Assembly (NCBI GenBank): GCA_965215265.1
Contig: OZ244048.1
Location: forward strand, 3,200,001 to 3,264,000
Source: Candidatus Poribacteria bacterium
Lineage (GTDB): Bacteria > Poribacteria > WGA-4E > WGA-3G
Length of the DNA stretch: 64,000 bases
Direction: 5' to 3'
Positions 9,877-19,378 of this stretch are shown here, in pieces. The translations under genes were made by a program, and so were the position numbers. Position 1 is the first letter of the stretch, and each line of letters starts with the position of its first letter. The notes under the pieces were generated by a model. That model saw nothing but the letters and a program-made list of their open reading frames with translations, was not told the origin of the DNA and did no database searches.

Positions 9877-10725
9877 TTATTTTGGTTTCGGTATCAGAAT
9901 ATCGTCTCGCCAGCGTAGGCGGAAGGAAGGCCGCACGAGTGCCTCTGGGGATTGAAGTGTCAAGCCTCCATCTGCAGTCAAAACGATGCCTGTGATGAAA
10001 TCGGCTTCATCGGATGCCAAAAAGAGTGCGGCATTTGCAATATCTTCAGGTTTGCCGTAACGTCCGATCGGATAGCAATCGCGTGATGCTTGTTCTTCAA
10101 GTGCGTCCTTGGCGAGTGCGGTTTCGCCTCTTTCGCCAACAATCTGCCCGGGTGCAATAGCGTTCGCCCGAATGCCCTCCCTACCGTAATCGAGGGCGAT
10201 GCTCCGTGTCAACGCATTCAGTCCCCCTTTTCCGGCTCCGTAAAGCCCGAAACCAGGGTTCGTAATGGTGGCGTTGACGGTAGAAATAAAAACGAGACTG
10301 CCGCCCCCATTTTGAATCATCTCTGGTATACAGTACTTTGCCCCGAGCCACGGGCCGCCTAGCGTTACCCCGAGGCTTTCATTCCACTCTTCTTGGGTAA
10401 ATTCAATTGCCTTTTTGGTGTATGAGTGCGCGGCGTTATGGACAAGCGTTGTGATTTTACCGTAGTTTGCTAATGCGGTTGTAACGAGTCTTTGCCATGT
10501 GGTTGCGTCGGCGACATCGCCCATAACTGCGACAGCTTCGCCGCCTGCGTCCTGAATTCGGTTTACCGTCTCAGTGAGTTTTTCTTCTCTGCGGCGTGTA
10601 TTGACAACGATTTTCGCACCTTGACAAGCAAATTTGTAGGCTGTGGCAGCACCAATCCCACCCCACGCTGCGCCTGCAACAATGGCGACTTTTCCTGAGA
10701 GTCTCATAATCATCCTTTCTTTCAA
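9877..10725 (-). CDS. Short-chain dehydrogenase/reductase
   Basis: GAAWGGIG, HNAA, YGAGK, ANAIAPG. Confidence 0.9.
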   Translation of the reverse strand: MKERMIMRLSGKVAIVAGAAWGGIGAATAYKFACQGAKIVVNTRRREEKLTETVNRIQDAGGEAVAVMGDVADATTWQRLVTTALANYGKITTLVHNAAHSYTKKAIEFTQEEWNESLGVTLGGPWLGAKYCIPEMIQNGGGSLVFISTVNATITNPGFGLYGAGKGGLNALTRSIALDYGREGIRANAIAPGQIVGERGETALAKDALEEQASRDCYPIGRYGKPEDIANAALFLASDEADFITGIVLTADGGLTLQSPEALVRPSFRLRWRDDILIPKPK

Positions 10726-10810
10726 TTCTTTTAATTCGCTATGGAAACTGTAAATATGCCTGATATACGTATCATTTTAACGGAGATGCTTAGAAATATC
10801 AAGCAGATTC

Positions 10811-11239
10811 TTGCATAATTTTCGTTTGGTTGGTAACATGCACAATATAATGAATGAATCAATAAAGGGAGCGCCTTGTGTGAAAGCAGCACTCAAAGAA
10901 TGGGTTGATATTTGTATTGAAAAACTGAGGACCGGTGAGTTGACGGAGGCTCATCTGCGCAGCGTAACTGACGTGCTGGAGGTAGAAAAACAGTTGCTTC
11001 TGTATCTTTATTCCAAATCGACAAACCTGCGTTCGCCGCTCGGTGGGTGGGCACTCTATAATCCGACAGAGCCGGAAGTACCTATTTTACCTTCACAAGA
11101 GGCACCTTACGCTTCGGTGCTTGACGCAGTTCGTGACGGTTGGCGGATTGTGCAATTCCCACGCCCGGAACTTCACAATTTTTCAGATGTTGACAACGCC
11201 TATCTCGGCTTTGAATTTATTTTAGAGAAATTTGTTTGA
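10811..11239 (+). CDS. Hypothetical protein (start probably GTG near 10879)
   Basis: AAGGGAG RBS before VKAALKEW; stop 9 bp before the PhyH gene; C-terminal YASVLDAVRDGWRIVQFP...FEFILEK. Confidence 0.65.
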   Translation: MHNFRLVGNMHNIMNESIKGAPCVKAALKEWVDICIEKLRTGELTEAHLRSVTDVLEVEKQLLLYLYSKSTNLRSPLGGWALYNPTEPEVPILPSQEAPYASVLDAVRDGWRIVQFPRPELHNFSDVDNAYLGFEFILEKFV

Positions 11240-11248
11240 GGTGTACAC

Positions 11249-12043
11249 ATGATTAATGTTGAACCAACGCTGAATGATAGCCAGATTATGCAGTTTATAC
11301 ACAACGGGTATATCACGCTAGAGCGTATTGTAGATGCGGAGTTTAATCGGACGTGTGACTCGGTGCCAGGTGGGCATCTGAGCGATTTTGTTTGCACGGA
11401 TGAATTTCGGCGTAACGTCTTGCTGCATTCAGAGGTCTCCGGTGTTGTGCGTTCGCTCTTAGGCGAGAATTTCCTCGTGCCGATAAGCGCGCACCATCAC
11501 CTGTTTGAAGGCGCACATCTCGGGCAAACCTGGCACTCCGATGGGCTGACAGAGCGCGGCTACGGCATCACGCATCTCCAATGCTATTACTACCCCAACG
11601 CGGTAAAGATTGAAGACGGCCCCACGATGATTCTGCCCGGTTCACATCATCGTCTCGTGGATAGGGAGGCCATCGCGCATTACGGTGATATTTTGGGGCA
11701 GCTCTCCCTCACGGTGCCTGCTGGTACTGTTGCTATAACACGCTACGGCATCTGGCATAAAGCAGGACCCAAGCTCAATTCGGCGAGACGGGGGATGATT
11801 AAGTTCTCCTACTTTCGCACCACCATGCCCAAGCGCGATTGGATGCGCGATTCGGATGAGCCGCCGCCCTATCAGCATGCCGGCCGACATCCGTATGTGA
11901 CAGAGGTAGAATCCTACCGTGAGCGGCGCAGAGGCGAACTGACATGGCGCTGGCTGTGCGGCTTAGAGGCCGTGGAAGAACCTATTCCGCCGATACAAAT
12001 GTTTAACAGAGGCATTCCGTTGTCGGAAATCCGATTTGATTAG
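11249..12043 (+). CDS. Phytanoyl-CoA dioxygenase (PhyH) family Fe(II)/2-OG oxygenase
   Basis: WHSD (HxD), GPTMILPGSH, distal WH. Confidence 0.85.
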   Translation: MINVEPTLNDSQIMQFIHNGYITLERIVDAEFNRTCDSVPGGHLSDFVCTDEFRRNVLLHSEVSGVVRSLLGENFLVPISAHHHLFEGAHLGQTWHSDGLTERGYGITHLQCYYYPNAVKIEDGPTMILPGSHHRLVDREAIAHYGDILGQLSLTVPAGTVAITRYGIWHKAGPKLNSARRGMIKFSYFRTTMPKRDWMRDSDEPPPYQHAGRHPYVTEVESYRERRRGELTWRWLCGLEAVEEPIPPIQMFNRGIPLSEIRFD

Positions 12044-12226
12044 CGCTGCGTATCTTGTAGCACAATTTCCTTCGCACCGCCGCCAATTGCAATTGTTGCT
12101 AACACCGCAGCGACATGAATAATGCAGAGAGTACATTTTGTTGGCACAGATTGCGGAAAACCGAATGGATGCCCCTTCAATGAAACGCAGATAGTGTATC
12201 CAAAGCGTTAAAGCAGAATTTTCACT

Positions 12227-13024
12227 TTAACGCGCACCACACGCCTGCAAACATGCCTGCATGTGCCCGCGTGACTCCGCTGCAATTGTGCAACACTGCG
12301 CTAACGAGTATTCTTTCGCCCCGATAACCTCGAGATTTAGCGGCCCGGTATAGCCGTTCTCATGCAGCACGCGAATGTATCCAACCAGGTCGATGTCGCC
12401 GCGGCCATTGGCTTGCAGTTCAGGGTTACCGGGCCCGTGCTGTGTGCCTTTACAATCGCGGATATGCACGTGTTTCACATGCGAAACCACTGCGGCAATC
12501 GCCTCGACAGGGTTTTCGCCGGCACGATGAATGTGCGACGCATCCATATCAATACCGAATGCGGGAGACGAAATCTCTTCGATAGCACGCAGGGTTGTGG
12601 GTGTATTATAGATGCTCGCACCGACATGCGCCTTGACACAGAGTGTCACGCCATAGTGTTCTGCCTGCTCTGAGAGGCTCTGCAACGAATCTATTACCTC
12701 GGGCCACGCGGATTCATCATCCGATTTACCGCCGGGCCCGCAATTAATAATGGGGATGCCTATTTCAACTGCTGCTTGGAACGCGAGCGCCATTTTCTCT
12801 GCATCTCGGGACGGTTGCTCCATCGCCAGCAGTTCGAGTTCGTATTCCTTCGCAAGACGTTTAATCTCGTCAGCGAGTTCCTTCCAATTTGCAAGTACGA
12901 GGTGCTGACTCATTCCGTCAATTGCGGAGAGTTCAATTCCGTCGTAGCCCGCCATAGCGATGTGCTTGAAGGCGGTTTCCATATCGTAGCCGCCAAACAG
13001 CACTGAGTTTGCTCCTAATTTCAA
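12227..13024 (-). CDS. Sugar phosphate isomerase/epimerase (AP endonuclease 2 TIM barrel)
   Basis: GYDGIEL, DASH, HVHIRD, GYTGPLNLE. Confidence 0.85.
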   Translation of the reverse strand: MKLGANSVLFGGYDMETAFKHIAMAGYDGIELSAIDGMSQHLVLANWKELADEIKRLAKEYELELLAMEQPSRDAEKMALAFQAAVEIGIPIINCGPGGKSDDESAWPEVIDSLQSLSEQAEHYGVTLCVKAHVGASIYNTPTTLRAIEEISSPAFGIDMDASHIHRAGENPVEAIAAVVSHVKHVHIRDCKGTQHGPGNPELQANGRGDIDLVGYIRVLHENGYTGPLNLEVIGAKEYSLAQCCTIAAESRGHMQACLQACGAR

Positions 13025-13134
13025 TCAACTTCCTCCTATAAATATTATCCTCTTCTAGAACGTTAGTTCTGAACCGATGAAAACAACATAAATCAAATTT
13101 GATCTTTTAGACGCGGCTTGAATGATGAATGCAA

Positions 13135-14211
13135 TTATCCGTGCAGCGTCGGAAGAGGCTGTGGGCGGACCAGGATACCACCTTGTTCATAAGATTCCAT
13201 TGCTGCCCAAGTGTACTCAAGCGCAGCGAGAGCATCTCTGCCAGAGGCGCGGAGTTTTTCCTTCGGCACGCCGTTCGTGATGTCTTCTAAAAAGGCGTGG
13301 ATTCTTAACGGGAAGGTTTGCCCGAAGTCTGTGATACCGGATTCAGTGACAACTGCATCACCGCTATTCGGTGCGCCCGGGGCGGCCCAATATGTAACCT
13401 TCTCTATACAGTTTTCAATACAGAACGTGCCGCGGGTCCCTGCAAGTTCAACGCTCCACCAGCCGCCGAGTCCGAACGTTGCATCCCCGCGTTGGCTAAG
13501 CAGATAGCCGATGCATCCGTTCTGAAAACGGAGATGGATTCCGTTAATAGAGAGCATCAGATCGTTCTCGCGTCGCCGAAAGTGCGGGCGTTCCATAAAG
13601 GCTTGGACGTGTGTCACGTCGCCGCAGAAATGACGCATCACGCTAAACGGATGCGATAGAAACGCTTTGACATGAAAGTACGGGAAGCCGTGTGAACGTG
13701 GCGCTTTGGACAGCTGGTAGTTGAATTCCCCGCCGGCAAACCCCATTTTGTGTAAGCAGTAAACCATCTCGCCGATTTCGCCATCATCGATGTATTGCTT
13801 CGCGCGTTCTGCAGGCGGCGTGAAGTAGTGGTTCAGGTTGCAGCCGAGGTAAAGATCTGCCTCGGTGGCTTTCGCTACCATGTCGCGTGCTTGCCCAATA
13901 TCGTTAGAGATCGGTTTTTCGACGAGGACGTGCTTTCCAGCTGCTAATGCTTCCATCGTCGGTTCGTAGTGCCAGCTGCCGTTCTCATTGCCGCCAGTAG
14001 TGACATCGACGATATCTAAGTCTGGTTCACCGTCAATCATATCGGCGAGGCTGTAGTATGCTTTTACGCCGAGGCGTTCGGCTGCGTCATCCGCACGCTG
14101 TTTCATAAGATCGCAGACAGCGACAAGCTCGGCTAAGTCATCTTGGGCGTGGCAGTTTGCGTGGTTGTTACCGATTCCACTCATGCCGACAACGCCAACT
14201 TTTAGTGCCAT
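13135..14211 (-). CDS. Gfo/Idh/MocA oxidoreductase
   Basis: VGVVGMSGIG, GKHVLVEKP. Confidence 0.88.
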   Translation of the reverse strand: MALKVGVVGMSGIGNNHANCHAQDDLAELVAVCDLMKQRADDAAERLGVKAYYSLADMIDGEPDLDIVDVTTGGNENGSWHYEPTMEALAAGKHVLVEKPISNDIGQARDMVAKATEADLYLGCNLNHYFTPPAERAKQYIDDGEIGEMVYCLHKMGFAGGEFNYQLSKAPRSHGFPYFHVKAFLSHPFSVMRHFCGDVTHVQAFMERPHFRRRENDLMLSINGIHLRFQNGCIGYLLSQRGDATFGLGGWWSVELAGTRGTFCIENCIEKVTYWAAPGAPNSGDAVVTESGITDFGQTFPLRIHAFLEDITNGVPKEKLRASGRDALAALEYTWAAMESYEQGGILVRPQPLPTLHG

Positions 14212-14284
14212 TTCTGATTCCTTCCATGCAGCGGGGTTTGGACATCCCGCTTACCATAACTTAAAAATAGATTCCTATAGTTTA

Positions 14285-14312
14285 ATTATACGGCTTCGCG
14301 TGAATTTGTCAA
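14285..14312 (-). promoter_or_regulatory. sigma70 promoter for the Gfo/TIM-barrel pair
   Basis: TTGACA-16 bp-TATAAT on the minus strand. Confidence 0.6.
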
Positions 14313-14556
14313 CAAATATGTTTAACCTGGACCCAGATTTTTGCGTTTTCAACTGCTGCTTTACTAAAAAAAAACGAATTTTTTGCCGCTGTGTGCCCCC
14401 ATTCGCATTTTTTTTTCGCAGAAAGTGTAGCAAAATTCTAACCTTGACGGGTAAAGGTTTATGTGGATGCCTGCGACCTTCACATGCTTCATAAGAAAGA
14501 AATTTTTTGCGTAAAAATGAAAATGTGGCAAAAAAACTTTTTATTTCGGAAAAAAC

Positions 14557-15242
14557 TTGAGAAAAAAACACAAAATGTGCTATACTTCAAAACAACGTTA
14601 GAAAACTTTTTTGTGATGATTTGCTGAGAAAAAAGAAATCTTGACAAAAATTGCTGTTTGCGTGATAATTCAAGTTGTTTTATTTAGCATGCACATTGAA
14701 ATTTCAAAAAGATCGTTTTTTGGGAAAAAATGGGTGACATTCCTGAAAGATAGGTATTTTCCCGAAAAATTATGCGTTTTTTCATTTTTTTAATTTGACA
14801 AACACTTCTTCATAGGGTATAATTAAAATAACCTTTTGCGAGAAAGGCAGGAGTGTTCTTTAAAAGTGAAAGAATGAACTGACGTGCCCGTTGACAGTTT
14901 GTGAATGCACTTCATTTCATTTTTTGAAAAGGCGCTCACAAACACGATTTCATTTTTTGAACAACTGTCTGCACATCTTACGAACTTATAGTTCAGTTGG
15001 AATTTTTAGTTGACAAATTTTGAAATGGGATGTATAATTTATTCTTTGATTGTTGAATGCCGCTTCATGGAAACATATCCAGATATCGGCAAGCAATGTA
15101 AGAGTAGGCATTACGCTAGTTAAATCTGATGCACAGATTCACATGAACGCATAATAGGTTGCTGTTCGGTCACTATTGGTGTGATAATTAATTTTGATAA
15201 GAAATAGTAGCCTTGACAAGCGTGTGTAAATTCTGTTAGCAT
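14557..15242 (+). promoter_or_regulatory. Array of at least five co-oriented sigma70-type promoters
   Basis: TTGAGA-18-TATACT (14557), TTGACA-17-GATAAT (14641), TTGACA-17-TATAAT (14795), TTGACA-17-TATAAT (15010), TTGACA-18-TAGCAT (15213). Confidence 0.65.
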
Positions 15243-16113
15243 ATTAAAAAATTGGAATCAACTTGACAAAAAGGGTTGAATCGGTATTCGTAAAATCGTT
15301 AGACGACAAGCATTCTTCGTGTCTCGTTGACGCAATAACAGGCGAGATGCGGAGTTACGAAACAAGGAACGAGCATGATGCACCGAAGGTTAATCCCAAC
15401 ATTATCAATGGAAGAAAGATGTTCGGGCAGAAGTGCCCAACCCCTCAATAGTTTGCATTCGGTGTCAGTTCTGTGCTATTTTCGTTATTCACCTGCCACT
15501 TGTCAAGTTAACTATAGGTTAAATACCCCCCCCCTCATATATTAACTATCCGTTAATTTGCAAAGACAACTTTACTGTCGACCTCTGCGTGGGATTGATG
15601 TTGACTCTATCCCCGGGCGGCAAGGGTTGTTCCATTCGCCTTGGATTGCAACGTTCTCGTTGCGACAACTTCTCATGGTCCCTTCTTCCGATTCCCATTC
15701 TGTTTAAGAACTATCGACAGGTGTCCTCCCTTATTTTTGGAAACCAAAAGGAACCGATGCAGTCTGATTCTGACTTTTTTGTCGGTGCGAGTTTTGCTAA
15801 TGTTTTTCCGATGAGGCACCCACCTGCTGATAGCTTCAAGCTGGGAGGATCTGCTAATGGAACGAAAGGGAGATGCTCCTGCCTGCTATGGTATGTGGGC
15901 ACTGCCGTGCTAAGGGGCCTTATACTTATTGTCTCAAAAACACAAGGCATAGCCGGCGCAAAACCCGTGCGGCCCCTAAATGCCGCTCGCGACTTCGCGT
16001 CACTATTGGTTGCGTACTGGTGAAGTTTCACCTAGTTTATATAGTTCATAAAAATTTTCTTAACTAAGTTTACAGTATAACTTAATTAATTTAGAGTATA
16101 AAAGGAGAATAGA

Positions 16114-17712
16114 ATGAAGACGCTGTTAGGTTTATTAGTAGTGCTTTGCGTGATACTTGTTGGGAACACCCACGCTCAAAATTTGTTTACATTTAAAGCT
16201 GAGACGCAACAGGAGTTAGTTCCAAAACCAATCGAGATAGGCGATGCAGTTCCGTTGAAAATTACACTGACGCGTAATAATCGGGCGGTGGCGGGCGTGA
16301 CAGTTTCATTTAGGCCGGAGGATCCGGCCGAAGCAACGGTTAATCCGTCGAAGGGGACAACCAATGCGCGTGGAATGGTAACAACTAATGTCACCTTTCA
16401 TAAAGGCGGAGAAATCGATATTTTTGTAGATGCTCCGGCGCACGACTCTAGCTACACCCATACTTTCAAAGTCAGTAGGCAACCAGTCCAGATCCAGCTC
16501 ACCCGTATTGTCGCTACCCCTGTTAAGAAGATTGTGGGAGGTCAGCCTACTGCTCTTGGCGAGATAGCCGTTGGCGATACTGTCAGATACCAGATTGAAA
16601 TCAAAGGCGTGTCAAATTTAGCCGCTTGGCAAATGGACATTGTGTTCAATCCGGAGGTTCTTGAATTCGTTGAGATTAGGGAAGGGGATTTTCTTGAAAG
16701 AAACGACGTGAATGCTTTCTTCCAGGGAGGTACCCGGAGTTCAGGAAAAATCGCCGGCATAAGGCAAGCGCGCATTGGGCGGGTAACGAATGCTGCCGGT
16801 CAACATACATTAACCGCACCTGTAGCAGGTGTCAATGGGACGGGCACACTGCTAGAAATTGACTTTAAGGTATTGGAATTTGCAGAGGAGGCATTAGGGT
16901 TGCATAATGTACACCTCAGCGATTCCGCTAATTTCACAAATACCAACTTCAATGATCTTAATAGGTTGGATGTCCCGAACATGCATTTTAATCTTTCAAA
17001 GCGACATGATCGGATATCCTACTATATTGTGAGTAACCCTATGGTTGTGACTCAACGGTATCCGCTGGAAGATGTCAATCGCGATCGGCATGTCAATATC
17101 CAAGATCTGGTGGTAGTCGCAGGTAGCCTCGGGAAAGCCAGTAACAATCCACGTGCTGACGTGAATAACGATGGATTTGTCAATATGCAGGATCTCATCT
17201 TGGTTGCTCGACATCCAAATTGGGGCAAGCGTGTGGGGGTGACTACAGTTAGAGCTCAGAATAGTCAGATAGGAACTGCTCCCTCCCTTGCAAGTGGAAA
17301 TCTTACGCCTGAAACAATTCAGGGCTGGATAGACCTTGCGCGTGTTGAGGACGACGGTTCTGTGATTTTCGACCGCGGTGTCACAAATCTTGAAAATCTT
17401 CTAGGTTCCATGATTCCGTCCGAAACACGGCTCCTCTTGAACTACCCCAATCCATTCAACCCTGAAACGTGGATACCATATCAATTGGCGAAATCTGCGG
17501 ATGTCACGCTGAGCATCTACTCGGTGCAGGGTACCTTGGTTCGTACCTTAGCGTTAGGGCATCAACCTGCAGGGGTTTATCAAAGCAAGAGCCAAGCAGC
17601 CTATTGGGATGGCCAGAATGAGCTCGGTGAGCAGGTAGCAAGTGGTGTCTATTTCTATACGCTGGTTGCAGGTAATTTCAGTGCGACTGGAAAAATGCTT
17701 GTCAGGAAGTAA
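16114..17712 (+). CDS. Secreted protein: Ig-like, cohesin, dockerin and FlgD-Ig/T9SS-like C-terminal domains
   Basis: Signal peptide; cohesin-like VGDTV...LAAWQMDIVFNPEVLEFVEIREGDFL; paired dockerin repeats DVNRDRHVNIQDL and DVNNDGFVNMQDL; LLNYPNPFNPETWIPY...WDGQN...SGVYFY; AAGGAG RBS. Confidence 0.85.
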   Translation: MKTLLGLLVVLCVILVGNTHAQNLFTFKAETQQELVPKPIEIGDAVPLKITLTRNNRAVAGVTVSFRPEDPAEATVNPSKGTTNARGMVTTNVTFHKGGEIDIFVDAPAHDSSYTHTFKVSRQPVQIQLTRIVATPVKKIVGGQPTALGEIAVGDTVRYQIEIKGVSNLAAWQMDIVFNPEVLEFVEIREGDFLERNDVNAFFQGGTRSSGKIAGIRQARIGRVTNAAGQHTLTAPVAGVNGTGTLLEIDFKVLEFAEEALGLHNVHLSDSANFTNTNFNDLNRLDVPNMHFNLSKRHDRISYYIVSNPMVVTQRYPLEDVNRDRHVNIQDLVVVAGSLGKASNNPRADVNNDGFVNMQDLILVARHPNWGKRVGVTTVRAQNSQIGTAPSLASGNLTPETIQGWIDLARVEDDGSVIFDRGVTNLENLLGSMIPSETRLLLNYPNPFNPETWIPYQLAKSADVTLSIYSVQGTLVRTLALGHQPAGVYQSKSQAAYWDGQNELGEQVASGVYFYTLVAGNFSATGKMLVRK

Positions 17713-17720
17713 CCAGCTTT

Positions 17721-17749
17721 GTAGGGGTAGGTTTGAAACCTGCCCCTAT
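17721..17749. repeat. GTAG-type REP-like hairpin / possible terminator
   Basis: GTAGGGGTAGGTTT-G-AAACCTGCCCCTA directly after the stop codon. Confidence 0.55.
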
Positions 17750-18097
17750 ACTTATTTCCGGGTGTTTAAACTCCCTGTTAATATGATGACCCCACGTACG
17801 TTTAGTTAAAGAGATCGTTAGAAAATGGGTTAATTTTTAACTATCTGTTAATTTCTAGTTCATTTTTTGCCCGGTGCATGCTGAACCCGGTAGCGACAGA
17901 TAAAACCAGAGGTGTGATGGTGAGTAGGCCGTGTGCCGAATGCTATCACACCTCTTTCTCTTTGAGGCGATACCGATTTCTCCGCCTGATTTCTCTCTCT
18001 TTGCTTGAAAATGATTCCCTGATATGTTATCATAAATGAAAAGTAGTCGTTTTGAGAAGGGAAGCACTTGCCACCTGCCACGTTTTAGGAGTCTAAT

Positions 18098-19258
18098 ATG
18101 CAGAAGAAGGACATCCACGACTTTTTGTCCGAGATGTCTGTTTCGAACTTTTCCGATCGGAGCATACGCCGCTTATTAGAAAACAAGGAAAACGTCCGGG
18201 GCTTGTTAGAACTCGTTGCGGCAGAACTCGCAGCGTTGATTGATTTTGAGCATCTGGTTCTAATCAATAGGAGCCTGCTGCCCGCCACTCTCCGAGAACA
18301 AGAGGCAGACATTGTGTATCGGGTGCCCTTCAAAAGTGATGGTGATGAGGCTGGGGAGGAGCTGCTCATCTATCTACTGATTGAACATCAATCGACGGTG
18401 GATGCGACGATGGGATTTCGTGTGCTTTTCTACATGATGCTGATTTGGGACGCAGAGCGGCGGCGGTGGGCGGCCGAGAAGGTGCGGAGAAGAGAGCGTG
18501 TGTTGCCGCCGATTCTGCCCGTGGTGTTTTACACGGGGGAGCGGCGGTGGGAGAAGCCACTGACACTTGAGGCGCTGATGAATCTGCCGGTGGCGCTCTC
18601 TCGATTCGTTCCGAGATTTGACATCCTGTTTCTGAATCTGAAAGGCACAGACAAGGCGACGCTGACAGAGGCGGCGCATCCGTTCGGGTGGCTGATGAGA
18701 GTGCTTCAACAAGGAGATTCAGACAAAGCGTCTATAAGCCGTGCGTTACGAGAGACTTTGACGCAGCTGGAGACGCTTGATGCGGTGGATTCAGGGCAGC
18801 GTAGGGAAGCGATAATGTATCTGGTATCGCTGATTGTGCATCGGCGTTCAAAGGAAGAACAAGAAGAGTTGATAGAGTTGATAGACCGGCATACGAGTGA
18901 TATGGAGGTAGCACCTATGGCAGAGACAATGGCAGAATTCCTCTTCGAACGAGGCATAGCACAAGGGATGGAACGAGGCATAGCACAAGGGATGGAACGA
19001 GGCATTGAACAAGGCATAGAAAAAGGCATTGAACGAGGCATTGAACGAGGCATTGAACAAGGCATAGAAAAAGGGGCGTGCCAGACGGCTATCAAAAATA
19101 TAACCGCCGTCCTCAACGCGCGATTCCCAGGCTGTGACATAGAGACGGCGACACAGCAACTCGAAACGCTTTCTAACCTAGAACACCTCGAGCAATTGCT
19201 GCTGACAGCCGTCAAAGCCGACAGTTTTCAAGCCTTCCTACAGGCATTAGAACTATAG
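18098..19258 (+). CDS. Rpn/YhgA-like recombination-promoting nuclease, copy 1
   Basis: EADIVY...LIEHQS nuclease motif, PVVFYTG, C-terminal GIE(R/Q/K) repeats. Confidence 0.9.
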   Translation: MQKKDIHDFLSEMSVSNFSDRSIRRLLENKENVRGLLELVAAELAALIDFEHLVLINRSLLPATLREQEADIVYRVPFKSDGDEAGEELLIYLLIEHQSTVDATMGFRVLFYMMLIWDAERRRWAAEKVRRRERVLPPILPVVFYTGERRWEKPLTLEALMNLPVALSRFVPRFDILFLNLKGTDKATLTEAAHPFGWLMRVLQQGDSDKASISRALRETLTQLETLDAVDSGQRREAIMYLVSLIVHRRSKEEQEELIELIDRHTSDMEVAPMAETMAEFLFERGIAQGMERGIAQGMERGIEQGIEKGIERGIERGIEQGIEKGACQTAIKNITAVLNARFPGCDIETATQQLETLSNLEHLEQLLLTAVKADSFQAFLQALEL

Positions 19259-19378
19259 AAACGCACGCGCCGAACGCCATGGCCGGCACCGGGCTGCTCT
19301 TGTCAGGGTGTCAGGTAGGAACCCTAGTCGTTTTGAGAAGGGAAGCACTTGACAACTGATACGTTTTAGGAGCATAAT

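Noticed and set aside
15940-16015. Resemblance to a c-di-GMP-I (GEMM) riboswitch (CACAAGGCA...GCGCAAAACC...CCTAAA...GGTTGC)
   Set aside because: The P2 stem with its GNRA loop is absent and spacing does not fit; not supportable without an Infernal search
14165-16067. Short ORFs in the large intergenic region
   Set aside because: Low-complexity K/F-rich or motif-free translations without convincing RBS
18945-19075. Short repeats that could suggest a CRISPR array
   Set aside because: They are in-frame 12-bp coding repeats with no unique spacers, and no cas genes are present
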